Below, one piece after another: positions 8,938 through 18,739 of a stretch of DNA of 64,000 nucleotides. The notes under the pieces are model-generated. The model did not search any database. It was not told the origin of the DNA and saw nothing but the letters and a program-made list of their open reading frames with translations. Every line of letters starts with the position of its first letter. The first letter of the stretch is position 1. A program made the translations under genes and the position numbers. The stretch is from Lachnospiraceae bacterium. GTDB taxonomy: Bacteria; Bacillota; Clostridia; Lachnospirales; Lachnospiraceae. The stretch lies in contig JAFZOW010000129.1 in NCBI GenBank assembly GCA_017552715.1, positions 14,954-78,953 of the forward strand, written 5' to 3'.

Positions 8938-10682
8938 GATCTTTCCTCAGGCGGAATGCCGATACGTACCACACTTCCCACGCCCTGTTCCGAAGAGAAT
9001 TCAAATTCGACACGTCCTTTTGTCATGGTCTTCAGGCGCAGATAGGCATTCATCATACCTACATGTTTCTTGTTTTTCATGCTTTCTATCGTAACATTTT
9101 TTATCTTTTCGTTCAACTCCCGCACCTCTTCCTCCGAAAGGCCTTCCCCGGTATCCTCGATCTCGATACGGGCCCAGCCCTGCTGCTTGTAGGCACGGAT
9201 GAAGATCCAGCCGGGACTGGCTTTCTGCTCCACACCGTGAACGCAGGCATTCTCCACAAAGCTTACGATGGTCAGCTTCGGGATGCCGAAATTCTCGCAG
9301 TCGGGATCCATGGAGATCTCGTAGTTCAGCCGGTCACCGAAACGGTATTTCTGCAGCAGCAGATAGGCCTCCACGAACTCCATCTCCTTATGTACGCTTA
9401 CCGCATCATCTCCCCAGTTCACGTAGATGCGCTCCAGCACCGCCAGTTTTCCCACCATCTCGGCGGTTTCCGTCTCGCCCCGCAGCAGGCTGTGCATGCG
9501 TATGCTCTCCAGTGCATTGAACAGGAAGTGGGGATTGATCTGGCTGTGCAGGGCCAGCAGCTCGGCATTCTGCCTTGCGATGCTTATCTCCTGCACACGC
9601 AGCTTGTCCTTATATACCGTCATGATCAGCTCGTTGATACGCATGGCCATGCGGTTGTAGCTGCGCATCAGACCCGAGATCTCATCGGCACCTTCGATGC
9701 GGGTGATGGGCTGCAGCTCCTCCTCGGTCTGGTTCTCGAAGGATTTTTCCAGCTTGCGTATCCTTCGGTTGACCGAGATCTCGATCATGCGCATCATCAC
9801 TAAAGGCAGAGTGATATTGACCAGCAGGAGGAAGAAGAAGAGCGTACTGTCCAGCGGGAAGAAGCGCAGTCTGCCGCCGTCCCCGGGAGGCACCAGGATG
9901 GAAAAATCCTGACCGTAAAGCTGTATGTTCTTCTGGTAAGTCCCTTTCTGCTGTTTTTCCAGCGTTGTGTAAGGCAGACTCTTTTCCGCCGAGCCTTTTC
10001 CGCTCATGACTATGGTCCGTCCCGAGCAGAGGTAAAAATCCTGGCCCTGAGTCACCCATTCTATATCTTCCATCTCACCGGCCAGGCCGGTATAATCCAG
10101 TTCCATGCGCATGAGCTTTTCGCAGCCCTTGAACATACCCATATCCATGCGCATGAAGAGCACCGCCTTGCGGATCTCGCTGGGATCGGTAAGACTGGCG
10201 GGTTCGTAGACGAAACGGAAAGTCCCCTGGCGCTGCTCATCCTCAAAGCTCTTATACCATTCGCTTTCCCTGTCCAGCCGGTAAAAACCGCTTCCGTCGA
10301 TGATGCTGGGATTATCCGCATAGATGGAAAGCTTACCGCCTTCGATACCGATATTGCTGTCGAAGAGATAAGAGCTCTTCATACGGTAAAAAGCCCGGTA
10401 ATAATCGGCCGGCGATTCGTATATCTTATTCAGGTAATCCTCCATCACCTGGCTCTTGTACAGATTGTATGCGATGGTAACGGGATACTCCAGCCGCTCC
10501 CGCAGCCGGTACTCCACGTCGTTCGCACATTTTTCCATTGCATTCTGCAGGGAAACTTCAGAGGACCGGATGATATTGCGTACTATCATCCAGTCCGTCA
10601 CGATCATGGGGATCAGAACCCCCACGATAAACAGAAGATAGAACTTCTGCCTGAGTTTCAGATCATTAAGAAAATGTAACAT
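8934..10682 (-). CDS. sensor histidine kinase (YesM-like: 2 TM, HAMP, His_kinase, HATPase_c)
   Basis: 582 aa. H-box region LALHSQINPHFLFNALESI and ATP-binding region IEIEDTGEGLSEEE. It has a 4-nt overlap with the regulator gene. Confidence 0.9.
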   Translation of the reverse strand: MLHFLNDLKLRQKFYLLFIVGVLIPMIVTDWMIVRNIIRSSEVSLQNAMEKCANDVEYRLRERLEYPVTIAYNLYKSQVMEDYLNKIYESPADYYRAFYRMKSSYLFDSNIGIEGGKLSIYADNPSIIDGSGFYRLDRESEWYKSFEDEQRQGTFRFVYEPASLTDPSEIRKAVLFMRMDMGMFKGCEKLMRMELDYTGLAGEMEDIEWVTQGQDFYLCSGRTIVMSGKGSAEKSLPYTTLEKQQKGTYQKNIQLYGQDFSILVPPGDGGRLRFFPLDSTLFFFLLLVNITLPLVMMRMIEISVNRRIRKLEKSFENQTEEELQPITRIEGADEISGLMRSYNRMAMRINELIMTVYKDKLRVQEISIARQNAELLALHSQINPHFLFNALESIRMHSLLRGETETAEMVGKLAVLERIYVNWGDDAVSVHKEMEFVEAYLLLQKYRFGDRLNYEISMDPDCENFGIPKLTIVSFVENACVHGVEQKASPGWIFIRAYKQQGWARIEIEDTGEGLSEEEVRELNEKIKNVTIESMKNKKHVGMMNAYLRLKTMTKGRVEFEFSSEQGVGSVVRIGIPPEERS

Positions 10683-12803
10683 TCAGAGCAGGATCTCTCT
10701 GAGCAGGCACTGCTTACCCGTAAGGGCCGCACTGCGCTCATCCGGCTGCTGGCCTCCGGCATACAGCGTGTAGCTCCCTTTAAGGCGCAGGCGCAGGCCT
10801 TTGTCATCCACCGTATCAAAGGCTGCCGCCGGGATGGGAAGGCTCATTTCCTTTTCCTCACCGGCCTCCAGATGCACTGCCGCAAAGGCACAGAGAGCAT
10901 ATTTCGGCTGCTCTTTCGTATCCATGCCGGCGGCCTCCGCAGCCTTCGCATTGGAGATATAGATCTGCACCACTTCATCCAGGGCAAGCCTGCCTTCATT
11001 CTTCAGCTTTATCTTAGCGGAAAGGTCTTCCGTATCAACGGAGCCTTCCGTTTCAAAACTCTTATATACCGCGTCCCCGTAACCAAGGCCGTAACCGAAG
11101 GGATAAAGGGCTTCTTCCTTTGCGTAACGGTAAGTCCGGCCTGTCATACGGTAATCCGTAAACTCCGGAAGCTGCCCTTCAAAGCTTACGGTAACGGGAA
11201 GCTTTCCGCCGGGAAGCGCTTCACCGAAGAGGATATCTCCCAGAGCCTGCCCGCCGCATTCGCCGCTGTACCAGCTCTGCAATATGGCGCTGCAGCGCCC
11301 TTCCTGCTTCGAAACATCCATGGCGCTGCCGGTATTGAGCACCAGCACGATGGGTGTTTTCGTTTCCCTCAGCGCTTCAAAAAGACGCTGCTGGGATTCC
11401 ATGAGATAAAGGCTTTCCTTGTCGCCTGCGGCAAAGGCATTGCCCGCATCCCCTTCTTCTCCTTCGATGGAAGCGTCCAGACCGAGGCAGAGGATCACCA
11501 CGTCGCTGTTCTCCGCCACCGAAAGGGCCTCGCTGAAGCGGTCATCGGCCTGGGCAAGAGGCTGTACCCTGTCTTTGAACAGATGGCAGCCCTCGGAATA
11601 AAGGATACGGATATCCTCTCCCGCAGCTGCGCGTATGCCCTCCAGATTGCTTACGTAGCGGGAGGCCGTACCGTTGTAATTCCCGTTCAGTACTTCTATG
11701 GAAGCCGCCGTGGGACCTATTATACCCACAGTCTTTACCTTGCTGCGGTCCAAAGGCAGCAGTCCGTCATTCTTAAGCAGCACCGTGCTGCGGCAGGCTG
11801 CCTCGTAAGCCAGCTGCCTGTGTTCCTTTGTATCGATATCCGCCATACCCAGGCGGTCATATTCACAGTCATCGGCAAACATGCCCAGACGGAAACGGGT
11901 GGTAAATACACGCACCGCAGCTTCACGGATCTCCTCCTCCGTGACCAGTCCGTCTTCGTATGCCTTGTAAAGCTCTTTATATACATAACCGGCATTCAGG
12001 TTGCAGCCGGCCTTCAAGGCCTTTGCCGCGGAATGCTCGGCATCGGGGCACACCTTGTGATTAGCATGAAAATCATTCAGGGCACCGAAATCGGACACCA
12101 CATGTCCGTCAAAGCCCCATTCTTTACGGAGCTTTTCCCGAAGCAGGAATTCGCTCCCGCAGCAGGGTTCGCCATTGGTCCTGTTATAGGCCCCCATGAC
12201 GCTCTCCACGTCCCCTTCCGTCACTGCCGCCTTAAAGGCCGGCAGATAGGTTTCCTCCAGCTCCTTGGGGCTTGCCTGTGCATCAAAGGAATGACGCAGG
12301 GCCTCGGGACCGGAATGCACCGCATAATGCTTGGCGCAGGCGGCGGTCTTCAGATATTTCCCCTCCCCCTGCAGGCCTTGGATAAAGGATACTCCCAGAC
12401 GGGAAGTCAGGTACGGATCCTCTCCGTAGGTCTCCTGACCGCGGCCCCAGCGCTGGTCACGGAAAAGATTGATATTGGGGGACCAGAGGGTGATCCCCTT
12501 GTAGATCCCGCGATCACCGCGTTTCCGCGCTTCGTTGTATTTCGCCCGGGTCTCGGTGGCAATGACATCGGCGATCTTCCGAAGAAGATCGCCGTCAAAC
12601 ATCGCCGCCAAGGCGATGGCCTGCGGGAACACCGTCGCAGTCCCACTGCGGGCTGTTCCGTGCAGGCCTTCATTCCAGTAATTGTACGCGGGGATACCGA
12701 GGCGTTCCAACGCCGGAGCATCAAATATGAGCTGTTCCGCGGCTTCCTTCACCGTCATCTGCGCTACAAGCGCCTCTGCTTCTTTTCTGAAATCCCTGCG
12801 CAT
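10683..12803 (-). CDS. glycoside hydrolase family 3 (beta-glucosidase / beta-xylosidase type)
   Basis: 706 aa. N-terminal GH3 block reads LGIPAYNYWNEGLHG...FPQAIALAAMFD...RGDRGIYKGITLWSPNINLFRDQRWGRGQETYGEDP. The nucleophile region is HVVSDFGAL, and a C-terminal beta-sandwich follows. No signal peptide. Confidence 0.9.
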   Translation of the reverse strand: MRRDFRKEAEALVAQMTVKEAAEQLIFDAPALERLGIPAYNYWNEGLHGTARSGTATVFPQAIALAAMFDGDLLRKIADVIATETRAKYNEARKRGDRGIYKGITLWSPNINLFRDQRWGRGQETYGEDPYLTSRLGVSFIQGLQGEGKYLKTAACAKHYAVHSGPEALRHSFDAQASPKELEETYLPAFKAAVTEGDVESVMGAYNRTNGEPCCGSEFLLREKLRKEWGFDGHVVSDFGALNDFHANHKVCPDAEHSAAKALKAGCNLNAGYVYKELYKAYEDGLVTEEEIREAAVRVFTTRFRLGMFADDCEYDRLGMADIDTKEHRQLAYEAACRSTVLLKNDGLLPLDRSKVKTVGIIGPTAASIEVLNGNYNGTASRYVSNLEGIRAAAGEDIRILYSEGCHLFKDRVQPLAQADDRFSEALSVAENSDVVILCLGLDASIEGEEGDAGNAFAAGDKESLYLMESQQRLFEALRETKTPIVLVLNTGSAMDVSKQEGRCSAILQSWYSGECGGQALGDILFGEALPGGKLPVTVSFEGQLPEFTDYRMTGRTYRYAKEEALYPFGYGLGYGDAVYKSFETEGSVDTEDLSAKIKLKNEGRLALDEVVQIYISNAKAAEAAGMDTKEQPKYALCAFAAVHLEAGEEKEMSLPIPAAAFDTVDDKGLRLRLKGSYTLYAGGQQPDERSAALTGKQCLLREILL

Positions 12804-12825
12804 ATTATCTTTCTCCTGTCTTTCT

Positions 12826-14310
12826 TTATTTGAACGGATTCTCCGTCGGATAAGGCAGACTCTTCGGCTGGTTGTAGTTGATGTCCTCTACGGGCACGCC
12901 GAGATACTTGAATACTTCGTAGAGAGCCTTACCGTGATGACCGAAGGCCACGGCACCGTGATGAGGATAGTTCTTCTCGATCAGGATGTGGCGATAGAAA
13001 CGGCCCATCTCCTTGATAGCGAACACTGCGATACCACCGAAGGAACGGGTAGCTACCGGCAGGATCTCGCCTTCTGCGGCGTATGCACGGATCAGGCCGT
13101 CAGCGGTGCTCTGCAGACGGAAGAAGGTGATATCGCCCGGAGCGATGTCGCCTTCGAGGGTTCCGTTGGTAACCTCTACCGGCAGGGCACGAGCCATGAT
13201 CTTCTGATTGCGCATCTCGCAGGAAGCCATCTTCTTGGAGCAGGTATTGCCGCAGTGGAAGCCCATGAAGGTATCACTGTGAACATAATCGAACTTGCCC
13301 TTGATGGACTCGTTGTACATATCCTTGGGTACGGAGTTGTTGATATCCAGCAGGGTAACGATATCGTCGGATACGCAGGTACCGATGAACTCGGAAAGTG
13401 CGCCGTAGATATCCACTTCGCAGCTTACGGGGATCCCGCGGCCGGTAAGACGGCTGTTGACATAGCAGGGCACGAAGCCGAACTGTGTCTGGAAAGCGGG
13501 CCAGCACTTGCCGGCGATGGCCACATACTTACGATAACCCTTGTGGGCCTCAACCCAATCCAGCAGGGTCAGCTCGTACTGAGCCAGCTTAGGCAGCACT
13601 TCGCTCTTCTTGTTGCCGGCGCCCAGCTCTTTCTCCATATCCGCAACCACCTCGGGGATACGGGGATCATCGGCATGCTTGTTGAAGGCTTCGAAAAGAT
13701 CCAGCTCGGAATTCTCTTCGATCTCAACACCCAGGTTGTAGAGCTGCTTGATGGGAGCGTTGCAGGCCAGGAAGTTCATGGGTCTGGGACCGAAGGTGAT
13801 GAGCTTCAGATCTGCCAGGCTGATGAGGGTGCGGGCGATGGGCAGGAAAGCATTCAGCTCGTCTGCCAGATCCTCGGCATCTCCTACGGGATTCTCGGGG
13901 ATGTAGGCGCGCACGTTACGCAGCTTTAAGTTGTAGCTGGCATTCAGCAGACCGCAGTAAGCATCGCCACGGCCGTCCAGAAGGGAATCCTGGGTCTCCT
14001 CGGCGGCAGCCACGAACATCTTCGGGCCGTCGAAATGCTTTGCAAGCAGAGTCTCGGAGATCTCGGGACCGAAGTTGCCCAGATAGACGCAGAGGGCATT
14101 GCAGCCGGCCTTCTTGATGTCTTCCAGAGCCTGCACCATGTGGATCTCGCTCTCCACGATGCAGATCGGGCACTCATAGATGTCAGCAGCGTCATACTTC
14201 TTCGCATAAGCGGCAACAAGTGCCTTTCTGCGATCCACGGAAAGAGACTCCGGGAAGCAGTCGCGGCTGACGGCCACGATACCGAGTTTTACTTTTGCGA
14301 TGTTTTCCAT
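12826..14310 (-). CDS. L-fucose/L-arabinose isomerase family protein (COG2407-type sugar isomerase), specificity unknown
   Basis: 494 aa. Its N-terminal Rossmann-like region (KLGIVAVSRDCFP...) and overall length match the short FucI-like family. It is not XylA and not a canonical AraA. Confidence 0.7.
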   Translation of the reverse strand: MENIAKVKLGIVAVSRDCFPESLSVDRRKALVAAYAKKYDAADIYECPICIVESEIHMVQALEDIKKAGCNALCVYLGNFGPEISETLLAKHFDGPKMFVAAAEETQDSLLDGRGDAYCGLLNASYNLKLRNVRAYIPENPVGDAEDLADELNAFLPIARTLISLADLKLITFGPRPMNFLACNAPIKQLYNLGVEIEENSELDLFEAFNKHADDPRIPEVVADMEKELGAGNKKSEVLPKLAQYELTLLDWVEAHKGYRKYVAIAGKCWPAFQTQFGFVPCYVNSRLTGRGIPVSCEVDIYGALSEFIGTCVSDDIVTLLDINNSVPKDMYNESIKGKFDYVHSDTFMGFHCGNTCSKKMASCEMRNQKIMARALPVEVTNGTLEGDIAPGDITFFRLQSTADGLIRAYAAEGEILPVATRSFGGIAVFAIKEMGRFYRHILIEKNYPHHGAVAFGHHGKALYEVFKYLGVPVEDINYNQPKSLPYPTENPFK

Positions 14311-14348
14311 TTAGATACCTTCCTTTCTTATTAAAAATTTAATTTTTC

Positions 14349-17108
14349 TCAGTGCAGGAATTCGAAGCTCTTAAGCTCACCGTTGCCGTCGCCGACGTAG
14401 CTTATATAAAGATCATGCTCACCGTCGGGAAGCTCGAACTTCGTTTCGCGGGCAGTCCAGATATTGTTGCCCTCCACCGTGATGCGGCCCAGGCATTCAC
14501 CGCCCAGGGAATCCCGGATCTCGAAATCGCCGTTGATATAGCCACGGGTCCGGATGCGCAGGCCCTTGACCCCCTTGCATGCAAAGCTGCGGAAGCCCAT
14601 GGTGGTGCCCTTGCCGATCCGGCCGATATAAGCCTCGCCGAAGCTCACATCACCGCCGTCCTGCATGACGCGGGGGGCTCCGGGATCACCGGCATAGGTA
14701 TCGTGCTTCTCGTTGAAGAGATGGCAGGCGATGTAGGACGGATACTCACCGATATCCGACAGAGGGCCTTTGTTCAGGCCGCAGGAACTCATGCGCACCT
14801 GGGGTATGCTGCCGTCTTCCGCAAAAATGATGCGTTCGGCACAGCCCTGACGGGAGAACCAGTGGGCATTGGTCTGCCTGTGATAGAATATGTACCAGTC
14901 ATCTCCGATCTGCTCGATGCTGCCGTGATTATTGCCGCCGTAGGCCACGGACTCTTCCGCTTTTTTGAAGCTGTCGATGCCGATATCGCAGTTGCTGACG
15001 ATAACGCCGCCGTAGCTGAAAGGTCCCTCGGGATCGTCCGCCGTGGCATAGCAGAGCTCATGCATGACCTCGGAAGAATAGATGAAGTAGTACTTGCCGT
15101 TGCGTTTCCGGATGGAAGGCGCTTCAAAGAAGGCATGGCCCTCAAAAGGCGTCCCCTCGGAATAGCAGCTTCCGGGTACAACGATGCGGGGAGCTTTCTC
15201 CACCGTGAGCATATCGCTGCCCAGCACCGTGAGCATGGAACCGTGACGGCTCTTATCCCCGCGGCCGCAGAAGCCGGTGAAGAGATAGAGCTTGCCGTTC
15301 TCGAAGAGCACACCGGGATCGAACTGGGGCTCATCCCCTTCTTTATCACCCAGCAGAGTGCCGTCGGGATAATGCACGTTCCCAAGATATTCGTATTTTC
15401 CGGCAGGGGTATCGCAGACCGCAACGGATACCACATTTACCTTATCCAGCACATAATAGAGATAATAGCGGCCGTCCGCACCCTTCGCCACATCCGGCGC
15501 ATACAGGCACATGCGGCCGTCGGGATTCAGGGGATCGTCGGTCTTGCGGTAGATCACGCCCTCGTAACGCCAGTTGGTAAGATCATCCACCGGGGCCGAC
15601 CAGCTGACATAATCCTTCACGCAGAAGGTCTGGCCGTTGTAACGGTCGTGGGAACCGTAAACATAGACCCTGCCGTCAAAGACATAGGGCTCCCCGTCGG
15701 GTATGTATTCCCAGCTGGGAAGATAGGGATTGAAGGCCTGGCGGGGACGCAGTGTTTCCACACCGGGTACACAGCCGGCGCTGACAAAGTTCATCTCGGC
15801 ATGTTTATCAAGGCTGTAGGCCTCCCACAGAGGCTGGGGCGTACCGTCGGCATCGGCGCAGTTGGGATCGCCGGTCTTTACAAAGGCCGCCACATAATTG
15901 GCCATCTGACGGGACAGCTCGAAATGATGTCCTTTTAAAGGCCGCCAGCATTTCAGCAGGCTTTCGAACCAGAACCACAGGTCCACGGAATGGAATACGC
16001 CGGGCTTGTCCTCACCGGGGATATCCGGCCCGAAGCGGTAGTAATAGAACTTCCGGGAAGGATCCTTTTCCAGGGCTTCGCAGAATACTTCCTTGACGGT
16101 CTTTTCCACGGGATTGATGCCGTTCATGATGAACTCGTCCGTGGTATTGCCGCTGATGATGGGAACGGGAGCGCAATCGCCGTTCACAAGGCGGTCCATG
16201 GGATTGCCCACGCAGAACTTCCCGTCCTGTATGGGAGCGAACATGACACCCTTTTCCCGGTATTTTGCGTATTTATCGCGGATATCATAAGGATCAAGGG
16301 CCCGGGCCTCGGCAAGGCTCTTTACACCCAGGAATTCAAAGAAGTCCACACCCTTCTGCTCCGCCTTATCCAGAGTGAGGGGGAAGAAAAGATCGTTCTC
16401 CGTAGCGGTCCTGGCCAAGCGGATCAGGCCGCTCCAGATCAGGGCGCCCTTGATGATATCGAAATTCTCCTTGCAGGTGAGCTGGTTTAAGGTGCTGCCG
16501 CCGCCTGCGGACTGACCGGAAATGGTGATGCGCTCCGGATCACCGCCAAAATTAGCAATATTGCGGTATACCCAGCGCAGACCGGCCTGCTGGTCCAGAA
16601 GGCCGAAATTACCCGGAGCCTCCGGCGCTTCCGCCGTGATCTCGGGATGGGCCAGGAAGCCCAGGGCTCCCAGACGGTAGTTCACGCTCACCACGATGAT
16701 GCCGCGGCGGGCCAGACGCTCGCCGTCAAATTCCATCTCGGCGGTATAGCCCCACTGGAAACCACCGCCGAAGAACCACACCAGCACCGGAAGCTTTTCA
16801 TCCGTCTTCTTGGCCGGTGTCCAGATGTTCAGGTAAAGGCAATCCTCCCCCATGGCGATCTCGGGGTCCACATGCCATTCCTTACAATATACATCCGTTC
16901 CCACCGCAGGCTGATCCTGCACGGAGATGGGAGCGAACTCAAAACAGTCCCGTACGCCTTCCCAGCTTTCAGCGGGCTGGGGAGCACGCCAGCGCCTCTC
17001 CCCAACGGGGGGAGCCGCAAAAGGGACGCCTTTGAACACAGTTACCCGGGGATCCGCACTGGGCAGACCCCGGACTGTTCCGTTTTCCGTTTCTGCGATC
17101 CTGAGCAT
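14349..17108 (-). CDS. fusion protein: type-B carboxylesterase + GH43 glycosidase + C-terminal CBM6-like module
   Basis: 919 aa. Residues 1 to ~470 carry carboxylesterase motifs (FKGVPFAAPPVGERRW, EDCLYLNIW, nucleophile elbow ISGQSAGG). Residues ~480-800 are GH43-like (NPYLPSWEYIPDGEPYVFDGRVYVYGSHD...). The tail is a beta-sandwich resembling a CBM. Confidence 0.85.
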   Translation of the reverse strand: MLRIAETENGTVRGLPSADPRVTVFKGVPFAAPPVGERRWRAPQPAESWEGVRDCFEFAPISVQDQPAVGTDVYCKEWHVDPEIAMGEDCLYLNIWTPAKKTDEKLPVLVWFFGGGFQWGYTAEMEFDGERLARRGIIVVSVNYRLGALGFLAHPEITAEAPEAPGNFGLLDQQAGLRWVYRNIANFGGDPERITISGQSAGGGSTLNQLTCKENFDIIKGALIWSGLIRLARTATENDLFFPLTLDKAEQKGVDFFEFLGVKSLAEARALDPYDIRDKYAKYREKGVMFAPIQDGKFCVGNPMDRLVNGDCAPVPIISGNTTDEFIMNGINPVEKTVKEVFCEALEKDPSRKFYYYRFGPDIPGEDKPGVFHSVDLWFWFESLLKCWRPLKGHHFELSRQMANYVAAFVKTGDPNCADADGTPQPLWEAYSLDKHAEMNFVSAGCVPGVETLRPRQAFNPYLPSWEYIPDGEPYVFDGRVYVYGSHDRYNGQTFCVKDYVSWSAPVDDLTNWRYEGVIYRKTDDPLNPDGRMCLYAPDVAKGADGRYYLYYVLDKVNVVSVAVCDTPAGKYEYLGNVHYPDGTLLGDKEGDEPQFDPGVLFENGKLYLFTGFCGRGDKSRHGSMLTVLGSDMLTVEKAPRIVVPGSCYSEGTPFEGHAFFEAPSIRKRNGKYYFIYSSEVMHELCYATADDPEGPFSYGGVIVSNCDIGIDSFKKAEESVAYGGNNHGSIEQIGDDWYIFYHRQTNAHWFSRQGCAERIIFAEDGSIPQVRMSSCGLNKGPLSDIGEYPSYIACHLFNEKHDTYAGDPGAPRVMQDGGDVSFGEAYIGRIGKGTTMGFRSFACKGVKGLRIRTRGYINGDFEIRDSLGGECLGRITVEGNNIWTARETKFELPDGEHDLYISYVGDGNGELKSFEFLH

Positions 17109-17117
17109 GTTTCCTCC

Positions 17118-18587
17118 TTATAACTGCGGATAGATGGGCTTCAGTGCGGGATAGATCTTGCGGAAGGACTGGTAACGTTCCTCATAGAGGCCCGCCAGCT
17201 CCGGCTCCGGCTCCACACTGCCGATGACCTTCACGATCTTTGATGCCGCATCCTCCACGGAGGAGAATACACCGCAGCCTACGGCTGCCAGCATGGCTCC
17301 GCCCAGAGCGGGACCTTCCTCGCTCTCGATGGAATCCACGGTGATGTTCAGCACGTTGGCCATGATCCTGCGCCACAGGGGACTCTTGGCTCCGCCGCCG
17401 CAGATCTTGGTACGCTCGATCCTGATACCGGAGGCCTTAGCCACTTCGAAGGAATCCCGGATACCGAAGGACACGCCTTCATATACGGCCTGCAGCATAT
17501 CCGCACGGCTGGTGTCCATGCTCATGCCCACGAATGCCGCTCTCGCCTCGGGATCGTTATGAGGCGAACGCTCTCCCATAAGATAAGGAAGGTAATAAAC
17601 ATGATTCTTGCCAAGCTCTTTGATCTCGGCCTGGGCAGCTGCGAAATCCTTGTCTCTCAGGATATCGCCCATCCACCACTGGTTGCAGGATGCAGCCGAG
17701 AGCATGCAGCCCATGAGATGATACTTGCCGTTGGCATGTGCGAAGGAATGCAGGGCATTCTGCGGATCCACGGAGTAGGTATCGGAAGAGATGAAAATGG
17801 TGCCGCTGGTGCCCAGGGAGATGTTGCAGTCCCCGTTGCCCACGGTGCCGGTCCCCACCGCTGCTGCCGCATTGTCGCCGGCGCCGGCGATGACCTTTAC
17901 ATCGGAAGATACGCCCAGTTCCTTAGCCAGCTCGGGCTTAAGGGTGCCGATCACTTCATAGCTTTCAAAGATCTGCGCCAGCCATTCCTTCTTCACATTG
18001 CAGATCTCGCTCATCTTATCGGACCATTTACGGTTCTTTACATCAAAAAGCAGCATGCCGGAGGCATCGGAAACATCCGTTGCATGCACACCGCTCAAAC
18101 GATAGGCCAGATAATCCTTCGGAAGCATGATCTTTGCGATCTTTCCGAAGAGCTCCGGCTCGTTTTCCTTCATCCACAGAAGCTTGGGAGCGGTGAAGCC
18201 TGCGAAAGCGATATTGCCCGTTTCCGCAGAGACCACATCCCGGCCTATGGTACCGTTCAGATATTCACATTCCTTCATGGTGCGGCCGTCATTCCAGAGT
18301 ATGGCCGGACGGATCACCGCATCCGAAGCATCCAGACATACCAGTCCGTGCATCTGACCGCCGAAGCTGATGCCACGGAGCTTGTCCTCATTTCCCGCGA
18401 TAAGCTCTTTCAGCCCCGCCACGGACTGCGCATACCAGTCCTCAGGGTTCTGTTCCGACCAGCCCGGCTTCGGGAAGGATATGGGATATTCCTTTGAGAC
18501 CGTGCGGGCGATCTGCCCTTTTTCATCCATAAGAATGAGCTTTACCGACGAAGTGCCAAGATCAATACCGACAAAACCTGCTTCCAT
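17118..18587 (-). CDS. xylB: xylulokinase
   Basis: FGGY kinase with N-terminus MEAGFVGIDLGTSSVKLILMD. I placed the start at the ATG preceded by GGGGG about 9 nt upstream. The ORF track extends 26 aa further, to 18665. Confidence 0.88.
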   Translation of the reverse strand: MEAGFVGIDLGTSSVKLILMDEKGQIARTVSKEYPISFPKPGWSEQNPEDWYAQSVAGLKELIAGNEDKLRGISFGGQMHGLVCLDASDAVIRPAILWNDGRTMKECEYLNGTIGRDVVSAETGNIAFAGFTAPKLLWMKENEPELFGKIAKIMLPKDYLAYRLSGVHATDVSDASGMLLFDVKNRKWSDKMSEICNVKKEWLAQIFESYEVIGTLKPELAKELGVSSDVKVIAGAGDNAAAAVGTGTVGNGDCNISLGTSGTIFISSDTYSVDPQNALHSFAHANGKYHLMGCMLSAASCNQWWMGDILRDKDFAAAQAEIKELGKNHVYYLPYLMGERSPHNDPEARAAFVGMSMDTSRADMLQAVYEGVSFGIRDSFEVAKASGIRIERTKICGGGAKSPLWRRIMANVLNITVDSIESEEGPALGGAMLAAVGCGVFSSVEDAASKIVKVIGSVEPEPELAGLYEERYQSFRKIYPALKPIYPQL

Positions 18588-18739
18588 AGAGAAGACCCCC
18601 TTTTTTTGCTGTTTGGTCGATATTTTATCACAATTCTCTCCCCGCTTCACCCCATAAAAATGCACGGAAATACCCGATTATTTTTGTATAGAAATGTATG
18701 GGGCAGGGCAAAGCCCCGCCCCGCTTGCTTTTGGGCCGC

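Noticed and set aside
18588-18665. N-terminal extensions offered by the ORF track for xylB (to 18665), the LbH acetyltransferase (to 30918), nagB (to 31705), GT2 (to 34529), the phosphohexomutase (to 38203), the SBP (to 45052), the sensor binding protein (to 48924) and DUF436 (to 58863).
   Set aside because: In each case an internal ATG is preceded by a good Shine-Dalgarno sequence at 6-10 nt and begins the conserved family N-terminus or the lipoprotein signal. The extension overlaps the upstream gene or a non-coding element.
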